Source: an archaeon (lineage in GTDB: Archaea > Aenigmatarchaeota > Aenigmatarchaeia > CG10238-14 > SCSR01). From it: DNA of 64,000 nucleotides. A model generated the notes under the pieces. That model was not told where the DNA came from and did no database searches. It saw only the letters and a list, made by a program, of their open reading frames with translations. The translations under genes were made by a program, and so were the position numbers. The stretch is from NCBI GenBank assembly GCA_035288545.1, contig DATEAB010000045.1:1329-65328 (forward strand). The letters run 5' to 3'. Positions 26,902 through 35,642 of the stretch are shown here, in pieces. How positions within the stretch are numbered: position 1 is the first letter of the stretch; every line of letters starts with the position of its first letter.

Positions 26902-29900
26902 GTGGGGGTTTTGATTAATTCCATAAAAATTTTGTTCTTTATTATTTTTCTGACTGTTATCTTTATAAATTACTTTGCTTTTCCTGTTTTGGCAACAATC
27001 AGTTTGAATGTTTCAGCTTCTCTCACTACGCAGCTAAATAAAAATATAACAATCAAAGGCTCGATAGTAAATACAACTACTTCTGACACGATAGCTGGAA
27101 TAAATGTTACTGCAGTTGTGAATGGGAGTGGCGCTTCTCAAACAACAGGAGCAGACGGAACTTTTCGTTTTAACATAACCGCTCCTAACACTCCCGGAGA
27201 AAAGTTTGTTACTATCACAACAAATTCAAGTTCTCTTCGAACTGAAACAATTCCTATTTTTGCGACCAACTTGACATCAGGAAGCATTTCTTATGTAGGA
27301 AACTTCCCGCCATTTACCAACGGCTCAAACATGACAATTAATATCACTTTGTTTAATGGTACAATACCTTTCGCAAATTATTTTCCCAACGTGAGTATTT
27401 ACAAATCAAATGGAGGAAGAATCTCTTGGGGAATTTACAATTATTCGGCCAGTACTGGCACTGGTGGATTCATCACTTTCAACGTAACAATCCCTGCTAG
27501 TGCGGAAATCGGGCAGTATGCGATTGTTGTCGAGCGTGGTGCACTGTTCACAATTTTCGAGATAAGATCGAACTACATGATGGCAGTCAGCACAATGTCG
27601 ACTGCTGATGAGAGAACGTCGAATTTTGCTCCTAGCGGCACTGTGAATGTTCTTGCAAAAGTCAGGACAACAACTGGAAATCCTACCAGTGCGACAGGCA
27701 TCTCTGCGCTGATAACTCTTCCAAACGGAACTGTGCGAAATATCTCGCTCTCCGTGCATCCGACCCTTACTGGCCAGTACAACAAAACCTTCACAGAGAC
27801 GTCTGCTTCCGGGCAATATCAAGTCGCAATTTATGCAGTTGTCGCTGGCGCTCAGCTCCAAGCCAACACAGTTTTCAGCACAAAAGTTTTTGAGGTGGAT
27901 TTGGAAATGCAGAAGAAGTTCTTCATGGAATGGGGAGGTCAGGCTGCGTTCAAAGCAGGCGGCGTGGTCGCGCTTGACATCGTTCCAATTAATATGACAG
28001 ACGACACCACGATAAACGTAGGCGGGGCGGTATGGCCTGCATGCAACACAACTTATCTCAAGATGGTTGATGTCACTTATCCCAACGGAACCTCCATCAA
28101 CAGCTCCCAACCGATTGTAGGGGTGTCTTTCTCAACAAGCCAGAGCCTGACCGACAGCGTTTGCAAAATCAATTTTACAGCCCCCGCTGTTACTGGCGCT
28201 TACGGATTGAAAGTCAATGTGACGGTCGCAGGGGTGACTGAACAGGCAGAAGGATTTTTCGCAGTTCAGAAAATTTTCCTTAAAGTTTCCCCTGTTTCAG
28301 GACTGGGCGGACAAGAGGATTTCATGTCAGTAGTTTCGCCTGGAGAAAATGTGACCCTTGATATGACGGCGTATAACCTGACAACTGAAGCTCAAATCGA
28401 CGGCACAAGCATTTCAAACATAGTTGCAAAAAGAATCGTTCCTCTTGAATTTGCAACAGGCAGCTCCGAACTGACAACGCTCAATCAGTCAGCCACAACA
28501 GGGAGCAACCCGCAAATACTTGTCCAGATTCCTTCCTCGGTCATGGGGCCTGCGATTGTCGAGATAGAGGCAAGCGTTGGAACTGAGAAAGTCATCGGTA
28601 CTGCTTTCTTCATTTCCAATTATCTTTCAGGATTTCTGTTTCCCGCTTCCGGAATGGGCGGTGAAGGCGGCGGGGATTTTGGCGGCGCGCCTTTCGCCTC
28701 CTGCTCAGGCACTCTTAGCTTCAGGGGAAATGTCAACGAAGTGAAGACAGGGACGGCTGCACAAGGAGTGAGCGTTGTAAGCATCATACAGGCGCGCGAG
28801 GAACTTACAGGCCGCGATGTCAGCGGCATGCTTTCCATTGCCGGCACTACGGCAAGCGACTCGAACGGGCAGATAACCATCAACGTCACATTCAGTCCGA
28901 GCAGCGGATACGGCTTCTCAGGTTTCTATTTCATGATTTTCAACGCAAGCTACAAAGGCAATTCCGCAGGCCTGCCGGCTGGTTTCATGTGCAAGCAACT
29001 GGACTTCTGGCCGACCATTCAGGCGATAGGAACGACACAGGAGAGCTGGCGCGTGTCGCCGACATCAGGAGTCAACGTTACAATTTCAAATGTTGCCAGA
29101 CTGAACGACAGTGCGATAATAACTAACAGGAGCTATCTCACCCTTCCAACAGTTTTCAACTTCAATCCCTCAAAAGGTGGGATGAAAGTTCTTATTCCGC
29201 AAAACATTTCTGCTCTCAACGCGACTTTCGTGCAGAGAGGAAACAACTATACAGCAGTCGACTCAAACTACGTCAGTCTTGCGATTTACCCACAGAACTT
29301 CACTTCGGGCGGCCAGGCTCTCACAGAGTGGCCCAACGGTTTCCTTGATCTCCAGCCGCGCATTACGTCTGTTGATATTGACGGGGCGTCCGATACAGGT
29401 TTCGGCGGGTTCCAGGTCGTCGGCTTCGACGCATGGATTGAGGGATGGGACTGGGGAGCGAAAGGAGCAGGTCAGACTCTCTCTTATGTAGTCGACGTCA
29501 GGGCGAATGTCAGCAAGAACGTGACGAATGCAGCTGGCGAGAATGGTATTGTGCCTGACACTGTTTTCGTACGAACTTCTGCCAGCAACAACATGACAGG
29601 ATTCACTGTCAGGATCGGAAGGCCGTGGGAAGGCGAAATGACGACACTCACAGCAGTCAACGCGACTCTGCTTTCCGACGGATGGAACCATAGCAGCAAC
29701 ACGAGCTTCGAGAGGTGGAACGTGACATTTGTCATTCCGCAGACCACGAAGAAAGGAGAGGCTCAGCTTGTCATTACGGTCAACAATTCTAACGGCCAGG
29801 AAACAGACATCGACCTTTGGTTCACGATAACAAAATACACAGTTATACTTCCCTCGGAGGAAGGTCTTGGATCTCAGCCGTCCTCTCCATTCGACGCGTA

Positions 29901-31416
29901 CTACATTCCCATGGTCGACAATGGCCAGTGCAGTGGGGGATGCGGCGGCAATACCAGTGCATACGGCTGGAACATGACATACATCAATTATACGTACGGC
30001 ATAACCTCTCGCTCGACTGGATGGAACCCATCATGGGCGGGCAAAGTCTGCGTGAAGAACCAGTTCAACGTGACTAGATATGTGCAAGCCAACCAGCTCG
30101 CCATCACGATCAATAGCAGCGTGCGCGTGGCAGTGGTCGACAACCGAACCGCTGGAGTGTACGACACTGTCATACTCAACAACACCGAGGGCAACATAAC
30201 AATTTTGAACACAACAGACATCAATTCAAGGAAGTACGGCTCGAGCGCGCTCTACTTGTGGTCGATAGAGGACTGCGGATATGTGAAGTTTGTCAACGCC
30301 TCGTCAGGCGCGCTGCCTAGCTCAGGCAACTGGGGCGGCTCTCATCAAGCCAACACCAACTTCACCATTCCTTACGTAATCACTCTTGCCAACACGCCTC
30401 AAGCGTCAGTCAACGTCAGCATAAGGTCAATTGGCAAGCAGGACGACCGCGGTTTCGGATTTGAGGGCAAGATGACAGTAGGGGACACGCCAAGAGGGAA
30501 CTACACCTCTGTGCCGGTCAACGCGACGACTGATACGAACGGCATCGCGTTTGTCGGAGTGAATGTCTCGGCAAGCGGGCGCCTTGTTGCTTTCTGGAAG
30601 ATCGACACCACAGCAGGCGACACAGACATAGCCACGATGAGCAGCGCTACATTTTTCGAGTCGAAGGCTTTCAGCACGAACGGCTACAGCGTTTTCGACC
30701 TTCCGATGAGATATGTCAATCTCACTTATGTCGCAAATTCCGGAGGCGGATACCTGGGGGCGTTCGCGGCAGCAAGCGAGCCGTGGGTGTACGCTGCGAA
30801 CGTTACAGAAACGAATGCGAATGATTTTGTCCGCGACGGCACTGCTGCGACTTATTACATTGTCTATGCTCCTAACAGGAACGCCACGAAGACATCAACA
30901 TCAACAGACCTTTCCGGCTCGGCTGCTGACTACCTCAACGCCACAACCAGCATCGGTGGAACGAGTCTGGCAGTGGCATGGATGCATCCCAACTCTTCTG
31001 CGACCGGCTCTCTACAGTTCGTATTTTTCCAGACAAGTCCGCAGGGAAACAGGCCGACGACCGTCACCACAGGGACTGAAAACATAACTGTTGCGGTGTG
31101 TGGGGAAGGATATGAAAAGCCGAACGCGCGGCCGAAGGAAGGGGCTGCAGTCAGGCTGACTGTGACAGACTGGTCTGCATTCCCGCCTTCAACTAAGAAC
31201 TTGCAGATGTATGAGATGCAGAACCACACGGCCATCGCTCTGGGCAGCTCGGCAGTGACAGGACCGAAGGGATGCGCTCTCCTCAACGTCGGCCCAGGCC
31301 AGCTCAGCACGTGGCCGTCAGCAAGCGCAGGCAAGCCTCCAGTGTTCATCGAAGGAACAGTCACCTCGGGCAGCTTGGTTGAGAGCGTGTACGTCACAGA
31401 TGTTTTCAGGATTTAA
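26902..31416 (+). CDS. Giant secreted cell-surface protein (1504 aa) rich in Asn/Thr/Ser and N-glycosylation sequons
   Basis: N-terminal signal/TM MGVLINSIKILFFIIFLTVIFINYFAFPVLA. Dozens of N-x-S/T sequons (NIT, NVT, NGS, NAT...) run throughout. No C-terminal TM segment. Probable S-layer or adhesin-type glycoprotein. Confidence 0.6.
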   Translation: MGVLINSIKILFFIIFLTVIFINYFAFPVLATISLNVSASLTTQLNKNITIKGSIVNTTTSDTIAGINVTAVVNGSGASQTTGADGTFRFNITAPNTPGEKFVTITTNSSSLRTETIPIFATNLTSGSISYVGNFPPFTNGSNMTINITLFNGTIPFANYFPNVSIYKSNGGRISWGIYNYSASTGTGGFITFNVTIPASAEIGQYAIVVERGALFTIFEIRSNYMMAVSTMSTADERTSNFAPSGTVNVLAKVRTTTGNPTSATGISALITLPNGTVRNISLSVHPTLTGQYNKTFTETSASGQYQVAIYAVVAGAQLQANTVFSTKVFEVDLEMQKKFFMEWGGQAAFKAGGVVALDIVPINMTDDTTINVGGAVWPACNTTYLKMVDVTYPNGTSINSSQPIVGVSFSTSQSLTDSVCKINFTAPAVTGAYGLKVNVTVAGVTEQAEGFFAVQKIFLKVSPVSGLGGQEDFMSVVSPGENVTLDMTAYNLTTEAQIDGTSISNIVAKRIVPLEFATGSSELTTLNQSATTGSNPQILVQIPSSVMGPAIVEIEASVGTEKVIGTAFFISNYLSGFLFPASGMGGEGGGDFGGAPFASCSGTLSFRGNVNEVKTGTAAQGVSVVSIIQAREELTGRDVSGMLSIAGTTASDSNGQITINVTFSPSSGYGFSGFYFMIFNASYKGNSAGLPAGFMCKQLDFWPTIQAIGTTQESWRVSPTSGVNVTISNVARLNDSAIITNRSYLTLPTVFNFNPSKGGMKVLIPQNISALNATFVQRGNNYTAVDSNYVSLAIYPQNFTSGGQALTEWPNGFLDLQPRITSVDIDGASDTGFGGFQVVGFDAWIEGWDWGAKGAGQTLSYVVDVRANVSKNVTNAAGENGIVPDTVFVRTSASNNMTGFTVRIGRPWEGEMTTLTAVNATLLSDGWNHSSNTSFERWNVTFVIPQTTKKGEAQLVITVNNSNGQETDIDLWFTITKYTVILPSEEGLGSQPSSPFDAYYIPMVDNGQCSGGCGGNTSAYGWNMTYINYTYGITSRSTGWNPSWAGKVCVKNQFNVTRYVQANQLAITINSSVRVAVVDNRTAGVYDTVILNNTEGNITILNTTDINSRKYGSSALYLWSIEDCGYVKFVNASSGALPSSGNWGGSHQANTNFTIPYVITLANTPQASVNVSIRSIGKQDDRGFGFEGKMTVGDTPRGNYTSVPVNATTDTNGIAFVGVNVSASGRLVAFWKIDTTAGDTDIATMSSATFFESKAFSTNGYSVFDLPMRYVNLTYVANSGGGYLGAFAAASEPWVYAANVTETNANDFVRDGTAATYYIVYAPNRNATKTSTSTDLSGSAADYLNATTSIGGTSLAVAWMHPNSSATGSLQFVFFQTSPQGNRPTTVTTGTENITVAVCGEGYEKPNARPKEGAAVRLTVTDWSAFPPSTKNLQMYEMQNHTAIALGSSAVTGPKGCALLNVGPGQLSTWPSASAGKPPVFIEGTVTSGSLVESVYVTDVFRI

Positions 31417-31502
31417 AGAAAATTAAAATAAAAATTAAATAAAATTGAAAGAAAATTAAAATTGAAACAATATAAAAAAATTAAAAATAAAAAAGTGAAA
31501 AA

Positions 31503-32918
31503 ATGGCAGGAATTGCAAACGCAAACACGGCAAAAAAGAAAAGTAACTTGAAAAATAATTTCATTTGCACTCTGGCATTTGTTTCAATGGCATTTATTTC
31601 GTTTTCAATCTTGTTTTCAATCTTATTACCGCAACAAGTTTTTGCATCAGTGACAGAAGTCACGACATCAGCTTCTGCCAGCAGAGCGACGACTGGAACG
31701 AGCGTGACGATAACAGCTTCGGTAACGGCAAGTTCGACCGAAACAACTTCAGTTAATTTTGTCTCAACCCCTTCCGGGATAACAGTCAGCGATCCTGCGG
31801 GCGGTTCCTATTCCTCAGTCGCTGTGTCCACCTCTCCCACGACTAAGACATTCACAATTTCAGCTGGCAGCGCCAACACTTACACTTATTACGTGCAGGC
31901 AGGAAGCGTTCAGTCAACTTCTGCAACAATTGTTTTCGTTGATCCTTCTGCCATTGTAGTCACAGGTGATCCGAGTTCGACCACTCAAACTAGCGGCAGC
32001 GAGTTTGACATTGAAGTTAACATGGAAAATAGTCAGTCTTCCTCGGTTACAACTTCTTATTCTCTCAATCTTCCTTCAGGTTATTCCGTTACTGCAGGCG
32101 ATGCATCTTCAGATACAATAACCCTTGGGCCAAATTCTATTGTGCAGGTGGCATGGACAATAAAAGTTGGCTCTGCATCAGGAACTATTACTTTTAAAGT
32201 TGGAAGCAATTCAAACGCGTTTTCCACTTCTGTTACTTGTAGTGATTGCGTAACAACTTCTCCGTCCTCCGTAACTGCTGAATTAAAAGCAAGTGCTTCA
32301 GTAATAGGTTCACCATACAACAGAACATTCTTTTCAATCGCTGCTGAAACGATAAAACTTATTCCTGAAACAGATTTGTCAAATACCAATTCAAGGTTTA
32401 CAGAAATATCGTTTGCAGTTAAGGAAAGAGTTACAGACGTTGTATTTTTTGTACAAGGATTTGGTTATCTTGTTAAGCCGAGTGATGCCCCGTCCGTTGA
32501 TCCAGGAAAAGTTTATCGATACATAAAAATTTTAACAACTAATCTCCCTGATGAAAAAATTAAAAACGCCACAGTAAAATTCAAAGTTGAGAAAGCATGG
32601 TTTACTGAAGAAAAAGTCGATGCTTCTACAATCGCGCTTTACCGTTATGTGAATGGAAAATGGGACAAACTGTCGACAGTTAAACTGACTGAGGATGCTA
32701 ACTTTATTTACTACCGCTCTACAATTCCAGGATTTTCATATTTCACAATCGCAGGAGAAGCCCCAACAACAACAGCAACACAACCTCAAGAAACTCAAAC
32801 TACGACAACTACACTGCCGACAGGAGTAACATTTCCAAGTGAAATAATAATTGGAATAATTATAATTTTTGTAATCGTTGTTGCTGTTCTACTGTTCATG
32901 CGAAAAAATAAAAAGTAA
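31503..32918 (+). CDS. Secreted Thr/Ser-rich surface protein with C-terminal Thr-rich linker, TM helix and basic tail (archaeosortase/PGF-CTERM-like anchor architecture)
   Basis: 471 aa. N-terminal hydrophobic signal. C-terminus TTTATQPQETQTTTTTLPTGVTFPSEIIIGIIIIFVIVVAVLLFMRKNKK. Confidence 0.55.
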   Translation: MAGIANANTAKKKSNLKNNFICTLAFVSMAFISFSILFSILLPQQVFASVTEVTTSASASRATTGTSVTITASVTASSTETTSVNFVSTPSGITVSDPAGGSYSSVAVSTSPTTKTFTISAGSANTYTYYVQAGSVQSTSATIVFVDPSAIVVTGDPSSTTQTSGSEFDIEVNMENSQSSSVTTSYSLNLPSGYSVTAGDASSDTITLGPNSIVQVAWTIKVGSASGTITFKVGSNSNAFSTSVTCSDCVTTSPSSVTAELKASASVIGSPYNRTFFSIAAETIKLIPETDLSNTNSRFTEISFAVKERVTDVVFFVQGFGYLVKPSDAPSVDPGKVYRYIKILTTNLPDEKIKNATVKFKVEKAWFTEEKVDASTIALYRYVNGKWDKLSTVKLTEDANFIYYRSTIPGFSYFTIAGEAPTTTATQPQETQTTTTTLPTGVTFPSEIIIGIIIIFVIVVAVLLFMRKNKK

Positions 32919-33031
32919 AAAATAAAATATCGATAATCCTACTTTCATGCATTTAAATTCTAAGAACTAATTTTTATCTAGGGTGTATAAAGATCATTTC
33001 AATCTGGGAAATTTTAAAAGTCGCTAAATAT

Positions 33032-33379
33032 TTGATTATTCCAGGTTTGTTTTTGTTCTATCTCAGTTTTCTTGACGTTATAGTTGCATCAATTCCTGCA
33101 GTCTTCGAGCAGGGATTCGGCGGTTCGGGCGGCGGTGGAGTTGAAGTAATAGGTATGGGATATGCTGTTTCAGTCTCTGTTACACGTCCTTATTTGTTTG
33201 ACCTAATAAGACTGCCTGTTTACGGAGGCCCGCTCGGCGACATTTCTGGAATTCATACAACTTTCTTCGCAATTCTCGGTTTCCTGCTAGTTGCATTTGT
33301 TGCTTGGGATGTTTGGTCATTGCTCAAAGGAAAAACGAGTTATACTTATGGGTCTAAATATCAATGGAGGAAGTGGTGA
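33032..33379 (+). CDS. Small membrane protein (hypothetical)
   Basis: 115 aa with two hydrophobic helices and a Gly-rich stretch GFGGSGGGGVEV. Confidence 0.3.
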   Translation: MIIPGLFLFYLSFLDVIVASIPAVFEQGFGGSGGGGVEVIGMGYAVSVSVTRPYLFDLIRLPVYGGPLGDISGIHTTFFAILGFLLVAFVAWDVWSLLKGKTSYTYGSKYQWRKW

Positions 33380-33567
33380 CAAAAACTATGGATGGAGTCA
33401 GGTTTGGAAGAAGAGGTTTTGACTGGAGAAAATTGGCGTGGGCAGTTGCACTGGCGGCGTTGCTCGGTTTCATAACAGGATTATTCACAAATTTTCACGA
33501 GGTAAGTTGGGCTGTGTTTTTCATTATTTTGTATCTTGAATACAGATTGACAATGCGACGAATCTAA
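33364..33567 (+). CDS. Small membrane protein (hypothetical)
   Basis: 67 aa with two hydrophobic helices. Overlaps the previous ORF by 16 nt. Confidence 0.25.
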   Translation: MEEVVTKTMDGVRFGRRGFDWRKLAWAVALAALLGFITGLFTNFHEVSWAVFFIILYLEYRLTMRRI

Positions 33568-33616
33568 AACATTTATATAGGAAAAAACCAAAATTAATTT
33601 ATCAAATTAGAGGGTT

Positions 33617-34315
33617 TTGATGGAGAAGAAATACAAATATATTCTTAAATTAGGAGTTCCAATTGTCATAGTATTGGCATTAGTCGGTGTTGGAGGTTTC
33701 TATCTAGGTACAACTACTGTAACTACATCGCCTCTTGAAGCATCTATTTTCTCACCGCTCCATGTTGCATTTGTTTGCGTGAGTCCTGTAAGACATCCAG
33801 GCGACCCTGACTCTGTTTTGTCGCAATACGCTGATTGTTCTCACAATGTTTACACCCGTCAGGGAATGAATATGACAAGAGATTATCTCTTCCGTCCTGG
33901 GGCAGGACTACAAGGAATTAACGTGACTAGTTTGGGAGTGACTGGAAACGGAACAGCCCCAGGTCAAACAGGAACTGACAGATGCATAGCAAACGGAACT
34001 TTAGGTGCAGCTGGTTCAGGATGCAATGATTATACCAACAATGGACTGCAACCAGCAGTCGGAAGCGTCTTTGATGTTGTCGGTGGTCCAAGCGACTTCG
34101 GAAACATTTCAATTTCCAAAGTATTTACTTGCACACAATGTACAAACACTGGAATAAACGCAACTGGACTCTACAATTCGACAACAGTCACAGCAGGCGG
34201 AGCCAACTCGACCAGCGTGGGTGGTCTCAGTCTGTTTGCGGAAGCAAACTTCACATCAGCTACACTACAGACAAATGACCAGATAAACGTAACTTGGTTC
34301 GTGTGGACCCAGTAA
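33617..34315 (+). CDS. Secreted Cys- and Gly/Thr-rich protein with N-terminal signal anchor
   Basis: 232 aa. MMEKKYKYILKLGVPIVIVLALVGVGGFYLG signal anchor, multiple N-glyco sequons, 8 Cys. Confidence 0.4.
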   Translation: MMEKKYKYILKLGVPIVIVLALVGVGGFYLGTTTVTTSPLEASIFSPLHVAFVCVSPVRHPGDPDSVLSQYADCSHNVYTRQGMNMTRDYLFRPGAGLQGINVTSLGVTGNGTAPGQTGTDRCIANGTLGAAGSGCNDYTNNGLQPAVGSVFDVVGGPSDFGNISISKVFTCTQCTNTGINATGLYNSTTVTAGGANSTSVGGLSLFAEANFTSATLQTNDQINVTWFVWTQ

Positions 34316-34380
34316 TTTAAAATTTTTCTTTGAAATTTTAAAATAGTTAAATTTATTTTCTAATTTTTCCAATAAATTAC

Positions 34381-35193
34381 TTGATAATAATGCCATTTCA
34401 AAAACGTCACATTCGATGGACTAAAGGCAAAAAACTTGATAATAAATATAGAGAAAAAATTTCAATCGCAGTGAAAAAATGGAGTGAGAATAATCCAGAA
34501 AAATTTAGGGCTATTTATGAAAAACAAAAGGGAAAACCAAAACATTCTGAAGAATTCAAGAATAAAATGAGTGAAATTAAAAAAGGAAAACATCAGTCTC
34601 CAAATACAGAATTTAAGAAAGGATATCATCAACCTGTTGAATGGATAGAAAAAATGCGACAAAAAAAGTTAGGTATGCCTTCTGATAAGAAAGGGAAAAC
34701 CTATGATGAATTATACGGTAATCAAAGAGCATTAGAAATTAAAGAAAAACAAGCAGAAAGGCATAAAAATAAGAAACTTTCAGAAACTCATCGACTAGCT
34801 ATTAGCATAGCACATAAACAAAATTTTGAAAATGAGAAATTCAAGAGTCAATGGGCAGCTAGATTTCATAGAAAACCTGGACCATCAGAGAAAAAAATGA
34901 TAGAACTGATTAATTTATTTGGCCTTCCCTTCAAATATGTCGGCAATTATAAACTCTGGATTGGCAATAAAAACCCTGACTTTGTGCATACTCAAGGTAA
35001 GAATCAAGTAATCGAGTTATTTGGGGAGTATTGGCATCAAACAAAACCTAATATAAAGTACCATCAAACTACAGAAGGAACTATGGATCATTACAAAAAG
35101 GCTGGTTATAAATGTCTTATTATTTGGAGCCAAGAAATGAAGAATCCTCAACACGTCTTGCAGAAAATAAAGGCATTTTCAGAGGCAAGCTGA
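34381..35193 (+). CDS. Homing-endonuclease-like protein: NUMOD3 DNA-binding repeats fused to a Vsr-like (PD-(D/E)xK superfamily) nuclease domain
   Basis: 270 aa, K-rich, in a very AT-rich segment. At least three NUMOD3-type repeats (KGKKLDNKYREKISIAVKK; KGKPKHSEEFKNKMSEIKKGK; KNKKLSETHRLAISIAHK). C-terminal NPDFVHTQGKNQVIELFGEYWHQ matches the Vsr motif PD-v...IfvdGcFWH. Confidence 0.6.
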   Translation: MIIMPFQKRHIRWTKGKKLDNKYREKISIAVKKWSENNPEKFRAIYEKQKGKPKHSEEFKNKMSEIKKGKHQSPNTEFKKGYHQPVEWIEKMRQKKLGMPSDKKGKTYDELYGNQRALEIKEKQAERHKNKKLSETHRLAISIAHKQNFENEKFKSQWAARFHRKPGPSEKKMIELINLFGLPFKYVGNYKLWIGNKNPDFVHTQGKNQVIELFGEYWHQTKPNIKYHQTTEGTMDHYKKAGYKCLIIWSQEMKNPQHVLQKIKAFSEAS

Positions 35194-35384
35194 ACTATCT
35201 ACTTCTCTACAATAACGCTTAAAAGGCATCTTCTACAAATTAATAATATAAAACGTTGTACAACAAATTAAACAACAACATTAATCAATAACGTTAATCA
35301 ACAACATTGTCCTTTGTCCAGAAGTGGTAAGAACTGCGAGCAGCAACGTTTGAGTAAAAGTAGAAATAGCGAGCAGCATTTGGA

Positions 35385-35642
35385 ATGAACGACGAGAACC
35401 ACTTCAAGGAAAGGATAGAGGAAATTTTAGCGAAGCATCCAGAAGGTTTATCTATAGCCGAAATTTCTCGACTTCTTGGCGCGCATAGACACACAGTTAC
35501 CAAATATATCCAATTTCTAATGGGTGCTGGAGTAATTTATCAACGCGATCTCGGCACTGTGAAATTGCATTACTTAGCAAGCAAACTCCCCGAGAAAGAA
35601 AAGCTGCTTCTTGAAAAATTAAACAGGCGGGGTAAAAAATGA
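35385..35642 (+). CDS. Small winged-HTH transcriptional regulator
   Basis: 85 aa. LSIAEISRLLGAHRHTVTKYIQFLMGAGVIYQRDLGTVKLHY is an HTH plus wing. Stop overlaps the start of the giant gene (ATGA). Confidence 0.6.
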   Translation: MNDENHFKERIEEILAKHPEGLSIAEISRLLGAHRHTVTKYIQFLMGAGVIYQRDLGTVKLHYLASKLPEKEKLLLEKLNRRGKK

